In this document: in pieces, positions 28,565 through 39,484 of the stretch
Numbering within the stretch: position 1 is the first letter of the stretch
Layout of the letters: each line of letters starts with the position of its first letter
Source: Promethearchaeota archaeon
Lineage (GTDB): Archaea; Asgardarchaeota; Heimdallarchaeia; Hodarchaeales; Hodarchaeaceae
Reading direction: 5' to 3'
Assembly (NCBI GenBank): GCA_048938105.1
Contig: JBHLMN010000009.1
Coordinates: 160,001-224,000 of the forward strand
DNA length: 64,000 bases
Notes under the pieces: generated by a model
What the model was told of the DNA's origin: nothing
Database searches by the model: none
Seen by the model: only the letters and a program-made list of their open reading frames with translations
Translations under genes and position numbers: made by a program

Positions 28565-31500
28565 ATGAATATGACTACAGATTTATATAATCAATTAGGG
28601 CTTACAGCAGAAGAGGGTCAAGTCTACACTATTATTGTTTCTAAATCGGTGCGAACGGCCGAAGAAATTATGATATTAGCTAGTGATCTAGATCTTGAAG
28701 CTATTCAAGACGCCTTAGATGGATTAGAAAAAAGAAAATTCATAAGAGTTATCCCAGGAAAGGTGCCACAATACATCGCATTGGCTCCAGCAATCGCTGT
28801 AACTAGTGAAATTGACCTTCAAGTAGAAAGCGAATTAAACCAAATTCAGGAAGAAATCAAAAATCGATGGGAAGAAGGGCAAAAAGAACTAATTAATATA
28901 GTAAGTGATCTCCAGAAAGGGCCAGATTTAGTCTTAAAATCCGAAAAAGAATTTCAATCTCATATTCAGGCTTATTTAGAGCGAATGAAAACTAAAACTA
29001 CTGAAGTTCAACAACAAATCAAAAGTCAAATCTCAAATCAAAACCAGAAAAATTCTGAAAAGCTAGAGAATTTAATTACCGAATTTTCTAACAATTTGGA
29101 AACTGAACTCAATAGAAATACTATTCAACTTGAAGCTGATCTTAAAAATGCTAAAGAATCTCAGGTAGAAGAAAGAAAACAGCACGTTGACAGAATAAAT
29201 GAAATCTATTCAGAAAGAATTGAAAGTTTGAATGCTCTTTCCTCTCAGATGAGGCAAACGATCCAAACACTTCAGAATCAAGTTGTAAATACAACGGAGA
29301 ACTTAAACTCAACCGTTTCAACTATCAACGAACAAATCAACGGAAATATTAAACAAAATAAACTTTCAGGAAGAGATAACCTTAGTTCAATTGGAGGAGA
29401 AATGACCAAAAAAGCTTCTGATAGGTTGGCTATAATCAGGCAACAAATTGAAGCAATACAGACGGAGCTCATTAATCTAGGTGAAGATTCATTAAGATCT
29501 ATCCAGGAAATGGTTCAGGATTTCAGTGAGTGGGCCTCTAAAAGCTCTCTTTCGGTTATAGATTCAGCAAATGAGGCTAGTGAAAATCTTTGGAATAAGT
29601 TACTAGAAATGTTTCATTCATTAGTAGGAATCAGTAATAGACTAGATGAAGCCAAAGAAAAATTAAACTCAGAAAATATAACATTAGTTTTAACTGAAGT
29701 TTTAATGAATGCCAAAGAAGAGTTGATTAGAGGATCAAAGGCATTTAAATCTATTCAGACAAAAGGATTGATGGATATAAACACAGATGTAACCACCCAA
29801 ATATCTTATTTCCAAGAAAAAATAAGCTCTGATATTTCTCAGTTATTTCAAGAATTAGAGGAATCTATTCAAACACAATATAATAAGGGAATAAAAGAGT
29901 TACTAAAATTAGAAGCTGATATCTCTTCCCTCTTGGAAGAAAATGGAACTGTTATTGTGCAAGAAAGCTCAGAGACAATAAAAAAAATAATACAAGATCT
30001 AAAACAACAGACTCAACCATTAGTAGAGTTAAATTCCAATTCTTTCTTGGAAATGATAGAATTAGTGTCTAATACTGAGAAAACGCTTGAAGAGGATTCT
30101 GAATTAAATCTAATTGATATAATAACGGTTATAGACGAATTACACCTAAGAATAAGTGAAACACTTTCTGAAAGAAGTAATAAACTCTCTGAATCTTTGC
30201 AATATCTTCAAAATGTTGCGAATGAGGAATTTTCTTCTTTTGGGTCTTCGGCAAACATGATGCTTGGCCAAATGCAGTCAACGCTAACAGAAAATGTCGC
30301 TGCTAGAACAGAAGAAATCACCCAAAACTTTGATGTCATTAGTCGAGTGTCAGAGGATTTAAACCGAATCTCAAAAAATTCTCAGAATGAAATTTCAAGG
30401 ATTCTTGACCAATTTAAAACTAATATAGAGGCCGGAAATCAAACAATTTCCGAAACATTTGATCAGGATATTTCTAATCTCGCTATGGACGTTACAGAAG
30501 TTAGTGAAGCGGCAAAAAACGAGCAAGAAGAACAAATTATTGCTTCAAAAGAACGATTAAAATCTCTCTCTGAAAAAATAGAGAAATCAACATTGGAACT
30601 GAGTCGTAATATCCCTACTCAACTTGAGGAATACCAAGCAAGACATACTGATGATTTCAACACCTTTGATCGAGCGGTAAAAGCTGAACTCAACAAGATT
30701 AGAACTCGTTTGACTGAAATAAATACTGAGGTTGGTGAAAGATTAAGTAAAAGAGTCAGTCTAGGGAAAGGAGGTTTCCAAGATATCGAGAAGATTGTTA
30801 CTTCTGCAATGAAAGATTTCGAGAGTGCTCAGAAGCGTACAGAAAAGTTGATCGATGATCAGATTAACAACTTCAAGATTTCAAGTGATTCATTTGCTTC
30901 CACAATAAACACGACTTTAAATACACAAAATTTAGAAATTCAGAGGTTAATGGATACTATTGAAGAGGATCTAGTATATTCGATAAATTCTTCTTACAAA
31001 TTGACATTGAAAAATATCTCAGATTTTTCAGATCGAGTAAAAGAGAGATATAACACACGAAAAGCTAATCTTATTGACCAATTAGGGTTTCTTCTCTCGA
31101 CTATTTCAGCTTCACTTGATGAAAGTCTTAAACAAAGTCTTATTAAAGAATTTAATGAGCTAAATACATCCCTAGGACAATTAGATCAAACAAGTCAAGC
31201 TCCACAAGAACTGGAAGCAATTCTTAATGCTGAAGTGGAAAATTTCATCCAAAACCTTCAACTTGCTTTTCAATCTGCAAGTGAGTCTGGAGGAGCACGA
31301 ATTGCAGAAGTAATTAACGAATTTATAATTTCTGAGATAAATAAGACCTTTACTAGTCTCAAAATTCAATCCGACCTTTCTAATCTCAAAGAAGTTATGT
31401 CTTCTCATTGGAAATTGACTTCTCAAAAGGTAAGTTCCATCCTTTCTCAACTCAATGAAGAACTGGACAAAAAATCAAATACATTTCTAGAATCGACAAG

Positions 31501-33181
31501 GAACAACTTGCAAAATGTAATTAAAGTCTTAGAAGAAGCACAAACTCACTTAAAGACGATTATAGATACAAAAATCCAAGCTGTAAATTCGTCTCAAAAA
31601 GAAAAATATCAAGAAATTCCTACTAGTTTAGAGGAAAATGGTAAGGAAATCATTACTAACCTAGACATAACTAATGAAAAACTTCAAGATTCTATGAAAA
31701 CTATTACTGAAACCACTAATGAGTCGATCAAAAAAATCTCCACACAAATTATAGCGACCACAGATGAACAGTTGAATGATATTCGTTCTCTTCTCACTAG
31801 GATTGAGGAAACCTCAGTTCAAGTGGTAACAGATATTAAAGAACAATACAACAATTCAAAAGAAGTTATTGATAACTTAAAGTCCGAGAGCTTAAATCAT
31901 ATCAAGACAATTGAACAACAAGCTTCATCTGAAAGAACAGAGTTTATAGATCAAGTTGAAAAGATTAATATCAGATTGGAAAGCGAAATAAATAGCTTAA
32001 AATCAAAAGTTACTGAATTAGACAAAAATTTCCCACAAAAGAAGACTCAAATGGAGAAAGAGATTCAAAAAGCAATCGAAATATTTAGTTCTAATGTTCA
32101 AGATATTTTTTTAAAAATGCAATCGGATATTAATTCTGGTAAGATTCAATTAAGTCAAAATGTTGACCATTTGTATCAGGATTTTCAAGCTTCTCTTGAA
32201 ACATTTGTCGCAACTGCTCAAAATTTTATTTCATCTTTGAACAGTCGTCATGATTCACTTCTAAACCAAACCAGTGATTTCTTAGATGATAGAGTCACGA
32301 ATAGTATAAATACTTTGGAAATAGAGAAAAAAACCATTACAGACCGCCAACAAATATTATTCAAAGAAATTGATCAAAATCTTACCAGTTTTTCGAACAC
32401 TTATAGTCAAATAATAACTGATAGTATGGAAGTAATCTCAACCAATTTGCAGGAAAACATCACAGAAATTCAGAATATGGTTAATGAAGGGAGTAGTTCT
32501 TATTATGACGACATTGATTCTATACTTACAGAGACTTATTCCTTCTTGGAATTAGAAAGTCAAGAAATATCTAAAATATTAGAACATGATATATTGAATC
32601 TTGTTTCAGAAGTTGATAAAAAGGCAACACAGACACAAGACACAATTTCAAGTGACCTTACACGAATTATTAGAACAATTCCAGAGAAAATTGGCTCAGG
32701 ACTGACAAAAAGCAAAACATTAATGTCATCAATTTCTGATATTCAGAAGATTGCAATGGAAGTCCCAATAGCAAGCGTTGAGGAGACTTATCTCCAAACT
32801 CAACCTGTAGAAAGAGTTATGCTAACTCTCGAAGCAATGTTAAATCGAACGAAAAGTACTATTCAAATTATGGTACCTAAGCTATCGATGATTCCTTGGG
32901 ACTTACTACAACAAGCAGGAACTCGACGACGAATACAGATTCTTACTAATGTCGATTCCCAAGAAACGGCTGCAAAAATTACTCAAGAGCTCGGTAATGT
33001 CCAATTAAAACACTACGAAAACGTGGAAGTCTATGCTTTTGCGAGAGACGGTACAGAAGAGGCTGCGATCGGTTCCGATGATATCAGTGGAGTACAATTG
33101 ATTATTACAACGGACAGTCGCCTTATTGGAGTTCTAAAAGAAATCATACAAGATTTATGGCCCCGAGGAAAAACAGTTTAA
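28565..33181 (+). CDS. Giant protein: TrmB-type winged helix, ~1300-aa hendecad coiled coil, TrmB effector/PLD-like C-terminal domain
   Basis: LGLTAEEGQVY..LEKRKFI..GKVPQYIALAP (TrmB wHTH); 11-residue hydrophobic periodicity; C-terminal MLNRTKSTIQIMVP..RIQILT..FARDGTEEAAIG. Confidence 0.8.
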   Translation: MNMTTDLYNQLGLTAEEGQVYTIIVSKSVRTAEEIMILASDLDLEAIQDALDGLEKRKFIRVIPGKVPQYIALAPAIAVTSEIDLQVESELNQIQEEIKNRWEEGQKELINIVSDLQKGPDLVLKSEKEFQSHIQAYLERMKTKTTEVQQQIKSQISNQNQKNSEKLENLITEFSNNLETELNRNTIQLEADLKNAKESQVEERKQHVDRINEIYSERIESLNALSSQMRQTIQTLQNQVVNTTENLNSTVSTINEQINGNIKQNKLSGRDNLSSIGGEMTKKASDRLAIIRQQIEAIQTELINLGEDSLRSIQEMVQDFSEWASKSSLSVIDSANEASENLWNKLLEMFHSLVGISNRLDEAKEKLNSENITLVLTEVLMNAKEELIRGSKAFKSIQTKGLMDINTDVTTQISYFQEKISSDISQLFQELEESIQTQYNKGIKELLKLEADISSLLEENGTVIVQESSETIKKIIQDLKQQTQPLVELNSNSFLEMIELVSNTEKTLEEDSELNLIDIITVIDELHLRISETLSERSNKLSESLQYLQNVANEEFSSFGSSANMMLGQMQSTLTENVAARTEEITQNFDVISRVSEDLNRISKNSQNEISRILDQFKTNIEAGNQTISETFDQDISNLAMDVTEVSEAAKNEQEEQIIASKERLKSLSEKIEKSTLELSRNIPTQLEEYQARHTDDFNTFDRAVKAELNKIRTRLTEINTEVGERLSKRVSLGKGGFQDIEKIVTSAMKDFESAQKRTEKLIDDQINNFKISSDSFASTINTTLNTQNLEIQRLMDTIEEDLVYSINSSYKLTLKNISDFSDRVKERYNTRKANLIDQLGFLLSTISASLDESLKQSLIKEFNELNTSLGQLDQTSQAPQELEAILNAEVENFIQNLQLAFQSASESGGARIAEVINEFIISEINKTFTSLKIQSDLSNLKEVMSSHWKLTSQKVSSILSQLNEELDKKSNTFLESTRNNLQNVIKVLEEAQTHLKTIIDTKIQAVNSSQKEKYQEIPTSLEENGKEIITNLDITNEKLQDSMKTITETTNESIKKISTQIIATTDEQLNDIRSLLTRIEETSVQVVTDIKEQYNNSKEVIDNLKSESLNHIKTIEQQASSERTEFIDQVEKINIRLESEINSLKSKVTELDKNFPQKKTQMEKEIQKAIEIFSSNVQDIFLKMQSDINSGKIQLSQNVDHLYQDFQASLETFVATAQNFISSLNSRHDSLLNQTSDFLDDRVTNSINTLEIEKKTITDRQQILFKEIDQNLTSFSNTYSQIITDSMEVISTNLQENITEIQNMVNEGSSSYYDDIDSILTETYSFLELESQEISKILEHDILNLVSEVDKKATQTQDTISSDLTRIIRTIPEKIGSGLTKSKTLMSSISDIQKIAMEVPIASVEETYLQTQPVERVMLTLEAMLNRTKSTIQIMVPKLSMIPWDLLQQAGTRRRIQILTNVDSQETAAKITQELGNVQLKHYENVEVYAFARDGTEEAAIGSDDISGVQLIITTDSRLIGVLKEIIQDLWPRGKTV

Positions 33182-33214
33182 ATTGAAATTGTTATTATCA
33201 AAATAATACGGTTT

Positions 33215-34168
33215 ATGATAATGGCTGATGTAATAGCTATAGGAGAACTCTTGATTGATCTAATCGCGGATAATCCGTCAGCACGTATGGAGGATCAAAC
33301 CACATTTAAACGATTTGCTGGAGGAGCTCCAGCAAATTTTATTGTTGGAATAAAAAAATTAGGATTTTCAGCTGGTTTGATTTCAAAAGTCGGAGATGAC
33401 TTCTTCGGACGTTTCTTAATTGAAACTTTAGAAAAGGAAGGGATCGATATCAGTCAAATTATCATAACTAATGAATATAAGACTGCTCTAGCGTTTGTAG
33501 GTCTAGATGAATTAAAAAGACCTTCTTTTTCATTTTATCGATCTCCATGCGCAGATATCATGTTAAAAGAATCAGAAATTAATACAGGGTATATAAAGTC
33601 AGCAAAACTTTTAATGTATGGAACAGTCTCAATAGCGGATGAACCAGCTAGGTCCGCAGTAAAAAAGGCCGTTCATGTCGCAAAACAAAACGATGTGTTA
33701 GTCGCTTGTGATCCAAATCTTCGAGATGATCTCTGGCATCATCAAGATCCGCGAGAGTATTTACTTGAATTATTAGAAATGACAGATATTTTTCTACCAT
33801 CTTTGAGTGAAGTTGAATTAATTACTGGAAAAAAGGAAGAAAAAGCGATTGAAGCAATTTTTGAAATTGGCCCAAAGGTAATAGGTGTAACTTCAGGTGA
33901 GAAAGGTTCAAGAATTATTACCAAGGAAAAAACATTTTTTGCACCTTCTTTTAATGTTCCTGTTATGGACACAACAGGCGCAGGTGATGCCTTTGCGGCT
34001 GGCATGATCACAGGACTTCTTTTAAAGTTAAATATGAATAATATCCCCTATTTTGCCAATGCTGTATCAGCTTTGAAAATTATGAAAAAAGGAGCAATGT
34101 CTTTACCCACGATGAAGGAAGTAACAGATTTTTTAAAACAAAGAAAGATAAGAATATCGAATTTGTGA
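33215..34168 (+). CDS. PfkB-family carbohydrate kinase (fructokinase-like)
   Basis: GGAPAN, VGDDFFG, DPNLR, DTTGAGDAF. Confidence 0.92.
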   Translation: MIMADVIAIGELLIDLIADNPSARMEDQTTFKRFAGGAPANFIVGIKKLGFSAGLISKVGDDFFGRFLIETLEKEGIDISQIIITNEYKTALAFVGLDELKRPSFSFYRSPCADIMLKESEINTGYIKSAKLLMYGTVSIADEPARSAVKKAVHVAKQNDVLVACDPNLRDDLWHHQDPREYLLELLEMTDIFLPSLSEVELITGKKEEKAIEAIFEIGPKVIGVTSGEKGSRIITKEKTFFAPSFNVPVMDTTGAGDAFAAGMITGLLLKLNMNNIPYFANAVSALKIMKKGAMSLPTMKEVTDFLKQRKIRISNL

Positions 34169-34215
34169 GTAGTAAGCAAGAATAATGATTCTTAGGCTTT
34201 TAATTAGGTAGGGGT

Positions 34216-35409
34216 ATGAAATTCAAAGAGAAATCAACTGATGATAATATGTTAGACCTTACTTTGAGTGAAATGAATCGTTTAGTTTTATACAAACAGC
34301 ATTTAGTAAATGAATCAAGAACTAAGAATATTGTTAAAATAGTAAAGGAGATTGGTGGGTTACATGCCACCAGTACCAAGGTTCCATACCAGTCCCTATT
34401 TGCTAGAATACCTAATTTTTCAAAAAAAGATCTAGATGAAGAGCTACTTGTTAAAAGAAATTTGGGTAAGATTCGGAGTATTCGAGGAACACTTTATATT
34501 TTCCCTAAAGAAGTTATCCCAATAATTCATGTCGCAACAAACAAAATCGTTGAATCACAATCTAGAAAAGCTTTAGAATTTAGGGGGATCTCATCTGATA
34601 AATATAAAGAGATTTCAGAATCAATAATTAGTATCTTAAGAGACAAAAAAGAAGAAATGAGTGCTTCGGAAATAAAAAAAGCTCTTCAAGTAAACTATGA
34701 GTCGATTTCGTATATTTTGTATTTAATGTGTGATCAAGCATTATTGATAAGAAGTAGTCCCCGTAAGTATACCTCTTTCAACGTATATTTCCCAGATATT
34801 GATTTTTCTCAAATTGACGAGGAACAAGCGATTACTCAGTTAGTACAATATTATTTAACTGCATTTGGCCCTGTTTCTGAAAATGATGCAGTATGGTGGA
34901 CTGGATTATCTAAAACAAACATAATCCAGGCTTTAAATCATATTCAAGATCGAATTTTGTATGTCAAAATAACAAATCTTAACACGGATCTTATGATGTT
35001 AGCTTCTGATAAAGATATGATAGATTCCATACCTAGTTCTAAAAACCAAATAGTAAATTTCTTACCAATGCTAGATCCATATATAATGGGATATAAAGAA
35101 CGTGATAGATATATCAGTTCAGCGCGTTATAATTTCGTTTTTGATCGTACTGGAAACGCTACATCCTCAATTTTACTCAATGGAAGAATTATCGGAGTTT
35201 GGGATGTTTTCCAAGGTGGTAAACCACAATTAAAGCTATTTCTCTTTGAAAAAACTGAAAAAAATATAAAAAATGAAATAAAAATACAAGCAAAGAGGCT
35301 TGGAAGGTTCATTACCAATAAAGACGTTTTAATACAAGAATGTGACTCTATGATTCCACTAACAGAGAGATCAGCAGGATCATTCATGTCACCTCTCAAA
35401 GAGTTTTAA
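34216..35409 (+). CDS. AlkZ/YcaQ-like winged-helix DNA glycosylase family protein
   Basis: SLFARI, IRGTL, YLTAFGP, WWTGL, FLPMLDPYIMGYKER, GRIIGVW. Confidence 0.8.
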   Translation: MKFKEKSTDDNMLDLTLSEMNRLVLYKQHLVNESRTKNIVKIVKEIGGLHATSTKVPYQSLFARIPNFSKKDLDEELLVKRNLGKIRSIRGTLYIFPKEVIPIIHVATNKIVESQSRKALEFRGISSDKYKEISESIISILRDKKEEMSASEIKKALQVNYESISYILYLMCDQALLIRSSPRKYTSFNVYFPDIDFSQIDEEQAITQLVQYYLTAFGPVSENDAVWWTGLSKTNIIQALNHIQDRILYVKITNLNTDLMMLASDKDMIDSIPSSKNQIVNFLPMLDPYIMGYKERDRYISSARYNFVFDRTGNATSSILLNGRIIGVWDVFQGGKPQLKLFLFEKTEKNIKNEIKIQAKRLGRFITNKDVLIQECDSMIPLTERSAGSFMSPLKEF

Positions 35410-35435
35410 ATAGAATTTTGAAAATATATAACTTC

Positions 35436-36476
35436 TTACGATTTGAATTTTAGCTTACTGAATTTCTTCAATACAAAACAAGCTCTGAATGTTAACCATT
35501 TAGAAGGTGATTTCTTAGCTTCAATATCAACCAACATTGGATTTCTGAAATTATTTTCATTTATCCAATATCCCGAAGGATTCATTCGATTAATTACCAA
35601 ATTAACAGCTTCTTCAATCTCAGGACACTTGCAAGAATTGGTTTTTGCCAACCAATAAAGAGTTTCAAGCGCGTCTGAAGTGTAAGAATGAGGAAAGCCA
35701 AATCTTGTCCAACTGCTTTTAACAATCGTTTTCTTCAACTTCTCGGTTTGCTTTAACATTCGAGCCTTGATTTGACGAATTTCAGTTGTTTTTTTTCCTT
35801 TTATTGCGTTATAATACTCTCTAGCTCCAATTGGAACATATTTAAAGACTTTATTTTCAACAATTCTCTTTCTAATAATTTTCATTACTTGTTGAACATC
35901 TGAAGAATGATACTTCTCATCTAAGAAAGAATACATTGCAAGTACCTTTGTGAGAGACATCTGACAATCAGGTAGTAGGGTATAGATTGGATCAATACAT
36001 ACGACACTCTGATGCTCCAGAACATGTTGCGTAATCATATCGATTCCTTTCTGGACACGTTCATCATTTTGATACCCAAAATAAATAAGCGAACGAAGAA
36101 TATTCGCTGATAAACACATTAACGGTTTTTTGAATCCTATTTTATGAGGGAACCCACCATCGGGCAACTGGTATGAGAAAATATTCTCAGATGCTAATTG
36201 AATAGCCTCTGACAATCGATTAGCGCTTAAATCACAGAGAAAAATGAATTGCCAGTAATTTCCTGTATATTTCTTGTAAGGATTCTTTGGGTCAGACCAA
36301 GTACCGTCTGGTTTCAGTAAAGAGAGAATAGTCTTAATAGGGAGATAATTATTTACTTGCGCTAATTCAGTTTTCGTGGGTTTATTATTCTGTAGATATT
36401 CTTTTGTTAAATTTCTCACCGGAGGATTATTTTCTTCTAGGAGCCAATGGAGGGTTTCTTGGGGGATTATTACCAT
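35436..36476 (-). CDS. Prenyltransferase/squalene-cyclase-repeat (alpha/alpha barrel) family protein
   Basis: WLLEENNPPVR, QLPDGGF, FGFP..YTSDALE, PSKWLT; start set at ATG 36476 after GGAGA RBS. Confidence 0.7.
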   Translation of the reverse strand: MVIIPQETLHWLLEENNPPVRNLTKEYLQNNKPTKTELAQVNNYLPIKTILSLLKPDGTWSDPKNPYKKYTGNYWQFIFLCDLSANRLSEAIQLASENIFSYQLPDGGFPHKIGFKKPLMCLSANILRSLIYFGYQNDERVQKGIDMITQHVLEHQSVVCIDPIYTLLPDCQMSLTKVLAMYSFLDEKYHSSDVQQVMKIIRKRIVENKVFKYVPIGAREYYNAIKGKKTTEIRQIKARMLKQTEKLKKTIVKSSWTRFGFPHSYTSDALETLYWLAKTNSCKCPEIEEAVNLVINRMNPSGYWINENNFRNPMLVDIEAKKSPSKWLTFRACFVLKKFSKLKFKS

Positions 36477-36671
36477 TTGAATTTCTCCAAATGTTTTTTT
36501 ATTTAAAAACCTTCCATAAAGGCAAAAGAACGAGATCCCACCTATATTCGTCATATAGATGTTGATTTCTAAAAGAATAATATCAAGACAAAAAAAACTT
36601 TTGAATTTGCCCTGTTGGAAAGTATTAAAAATACCTAAAATCATGAAAACTAAAAATTTAATTTAAGTGAA

Positions 36672-37172
36672 TTGAAAATGGGCTCTTCAAATCTTGGAAA
36701 ATATCATTTATGGGCAGGTAATGAATCTAGAAAACAATTAAGAAAATTGAATGCAGAAGAGTTTTCACAAAACCTTGGACCAATAATTGGAAGTATTAGA
36801 GGAAAAGTAGAGCATATCATATTAGCAATAGAATCTTGTATAAGTAGAATCAGTAATGATTCTAATTCTCCTGAAGAAATAATTAATCGGATCAGATCTA
36901 TGTCAATGAAGGAATTATTAAAACATTGGGAACAAAGAGACAATGAAATTGCCAATAGCCTTCAACAAACCGCCAGGAAGACTATAACAATAAAAAGAAT
37001 GGATGGGAGCTCTTTTATTATGAGTAGAAATGATTTCTACCTTCAATATGTTCTACATACAGTTTACCATAGGGGTCAACTTAACTACTGTTTAAAAGAG
37101 TTGAATAAAGAGAGAATTGAAGCAGATTATCTCTATTTTTTTGATGAGTTGAATATTCAACAAGAAAACTAG
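36672..37172 (+). CDS. DinB family protein
   Basis: YHLWAG, SIRGKVEHI, HTVYHRGQL. Confidence 0.85.
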   Translation: MKMGSSNLGKYHLWAGNESRKQLRKLNAEEFSQNLGPIIGSIRGKVEHIILAIESCISRISNDSNSPEEIINRIRSMSMKELLKHWEQRDNEIANSLQQTARKTITIKRMDGSSFIMSRNDFYLQYVLHTVYHRGQLNYCLKELNKERIEADYLYFFDELNIQQEN

Positions 37173-37192
37173 GATGATTGTTGGTGATTTAG

Positions 37193-37666
37193 ATGATCCA
37201 AGTTCGACGTGCAAGTTTAAATGATATAAATTCATTAGTTCGCTTTAGAACAGCTTTATTTAAAGAAATGAAATTGTTAGAGGGAGAACAACAAGAAAAA
37301 TCTTTTCAAAAAGCCTGTAAAGACTATTTCTATGAATTCATTCCCAAACAAAAATTCTTGTCATGGATTGCAGAAAATGATGGTGAAATTATAGCGGTTA
37401 GTGGCGTAGTATTTTTTCAGAAACCTCCCTCACCAGGAAATAATACTGGAAAAGAAGCCTATATAATGAATATGTATACATTAACTGAATGGCGAAAGAA
37501 GGGGATAGCATCAAAATTGCTAGAAGAAATTATTGGCTTTTTAAAAAGGAAAGGTATCACTTCTATTAGTTTACACACTACAGAAGTTGGGAAAAGTGTA
37601 TATGAGAAAATAGGTTTTACCCTTGTGAATACAGAGATGAAATTAACTATCAAACACAACCAATGA
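37193..37666 (+). CDS. GNAT acetyltransferase
   Basis: MNMYT..WRKKGIA, LHTT..G..VYEKIGF. Confidence 0.9.
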   Translation: MIQVRRASLNDINSLVRFRTALFKEMKLLEGEQQEKSFQKACKDYFYEFIPKQKFLSWIAENDGEIIAVSGVVFFQKPPSPGNNTGKEAYIMNMYTLTEWRKKGIASKLLEEIIGFLKRKGITSISLHTTEVGKSVYEKIGFTLVNTEMKLTIKHNQ

Positions 37667-37712
37667 ACCAAAAAATTAATGATTCTTATCTTACAATAAG
37701 AGAATTATCAGT

Positions 37713-39482
37713 TTAATCTGATGATTCTTTAATAGAAATATGAGCTGATAACAAGTCAGTATGTAATTTAATTAGGAATAGTTTATCCATTTTTAAAATC
37801 TCACGATCATACGTGTAATACCCATTAATTTCTCCTTCAATATCAGTTAACTGGGTATAGACAGCAGCAGTCAGCCCTTGGTTAATTAATGGTTTTAGTT
37901 TCATCATTAATTGCTTATATTTCCTTTGTAATTCTGCGATAGTATTTGATTTACTATAAGACCAATAGATCCTTTTTCCTGTCCAATAGTGATCATTAAT
38001 TTTCATTCCAAGGCCTCCAAATTCACCCAATACCGCTGCACGGGTAGAATCAATTTGTAATGCTGGTCCTGGGTATTTATGTATGTCTTTAATATCGCCT
38101 ACATTCTTATCGAACCAACCACTTGCAGCATTAACAAGTCGTGTTTGATCCTGTTCATTTATTTGTTTCACAATTCTTTCAGTCTCAAATTGACCCCATC
38201 CTTCGTTGAAAGGTATCCAAACCACAATAGAGGGATAATTGTACAAGTAATTAATCATCTCTAACAATTCTTTTCTAAACTGTTTCCTTATTTCTTTACA
38301 TCTTCGTCCTCTAGACATAAACTTAAAGGTCAATAAACTGAAAGCCCCACCATTAGGCATATCTTGCCACACTAATAACCCGATTTTATCACACCAATAA
38401 TACCATCTAGCAGGTTCCACTTTGACATGCTTTCTGGTCATGTTAAAACCTAATTCTTTTGTTATTTCTATATCATAGCGTAATGCTTCGTCTGTAGGGG
38501 CGGTGTACAATCCATCTGGCCAATATCCCTGATCTAATGGGCCAAACTGAAATAATTGTTCATTATTTAAAAAAATATGAGGAATCTCTTTTTCATCTAA
38601 TTGTACTTCGATCTTTCTCATGCCAAAATAACTTTCTACACAGTCTAATGATTTATTTTCTGCAATGAGCGTTAATTTAAGGTCATAAAGATGAGGAAAC
38701 TTAGGACTCCACAATTTTGGTTGGGGTATAGCTATGGAGAATTCATTTTCTCCTTCTATAGATAGAGTTTTTTTACCCTCCTCTAATACCTCAATAATTA
38801 CTTTCTGTTCGGACTGCATATTATTAATATGGACTTTTAGATTGACCAACTGGTTATCAATGTCTGAAGTAACTTTAATTGATTCAATATATGATACTGG
38901 GACAGGTTCCAACCATACTGTTTGCCAAATACCTGAAATTGCTGTATAAAAAACAAAAGACGGCCTTAATGATTGTTTCCCTCGCTCTTGTCTGCCTTTA
39001 TTTGTTGGATCCCAGACTATAACTTCCAGTTCATTTTTTTCTTCATATGTAATAAAATCAGAAATATCAAAGGAGAAAGGAATAAAACCCCCTTTATGAG
39101 AACCTACCTCTATTCCATTAATCTTTAATTTGGCTTCCCAATCAACGGCTCCAAAGTGGATAAGAATTCTTTTTGATTTCCAGGCCTGGGGAACTGAAAA
39201 GAATCTTCTATAGAACAGTTGTTGTTTATGACCTAATTTCTTTTTTACTCCAGATAAAGCGGATTCAAGAGGAAAGGGAACTAGAATCTTCCCATCGTAT
39301 GAATTAACTTCTGATTGCGTTTTTGGACGAATTGCATAATCCCAAAGCCCATTAAGATTCAGCCACTCTTTTCGACAAAGTTGTGGTCTAGGATATTCAG
39401 GTAACGGGTTTAAAGGGTCGAGATCTTTTCCCCAACGGGTAATTAATTGGCCTGGAACAGGTTGCCAGTCTTGAGAACTCAA
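37713..39482 (-). CDS. Glycoside hydrolase family 2 (beta-galactosidase / galactofuranosidase / arabinofuranosidase-like)
   Basis: [65 protein letters not shown]. Confidence 0.9.
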   Translation of the reverse strand: MSSQDWQPVPGQLITRWGKDLDPLNPLPEYPRPQLCRKEWLNLNGLWDYAIRPKTQSEVNSYDGKILVPFPLESALSGVKKKLGHKQQLFYRRFFSVPQAWKSKRILIHFGAVDWEAKLKINGIEVGSHKGGFIPFSFDISDFITYEEKNELEVIVWDPTNKGRQERGKQSLRPSFVFYTAISGIWQTVWLEPVPVSYIESIKVTSDIDNQLVNLKVHINNMQSEQKVIIEVLEEGKKTLSIEGENEFSIAIPQPKLWSPKFPHLYDLKLTLIAENKSLDCVESYFGMRKIEVQLDEKEIPHIFLNNEQLFQFGPLDQGYWPDGLYTAPTDEALRYDIEITKELGFNMTRKHVKVEPARWYYWCDKIGLLVWQDMPNGGAFSLLTFKFMSRGRRCKEIRKQFRKELLEMINYLYNYPSIVVWIPFNEGWGQFETERIVKQINEQDQTRLVNAASGWFDKNVGDIKDIHKYPGPALQIDSTRAAVLGEFGGLGMKINDHYWTGKRIYWSYSKSNTIAELQRKYKQLMMKLKPLINQGLTAAVYTQLTDIEGEINGYYTYDREILKMDKLFLIKLHTDLLSAHISIKESSD

Positions 39483-39484
39483 TT

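Noticed and set aside
28565-33181. Calling the giant coiled-coil protein SMC or a chemoreceptor
   Set aside because: No Walker A/B, ABC signature, TM helices or MCP hairpin signature
36477-36644. N-terminal extension of the 402-aa ORF
   Set aside because: Non-homologous AT-rich sequence; GGAGA RBS supports ATG 36476
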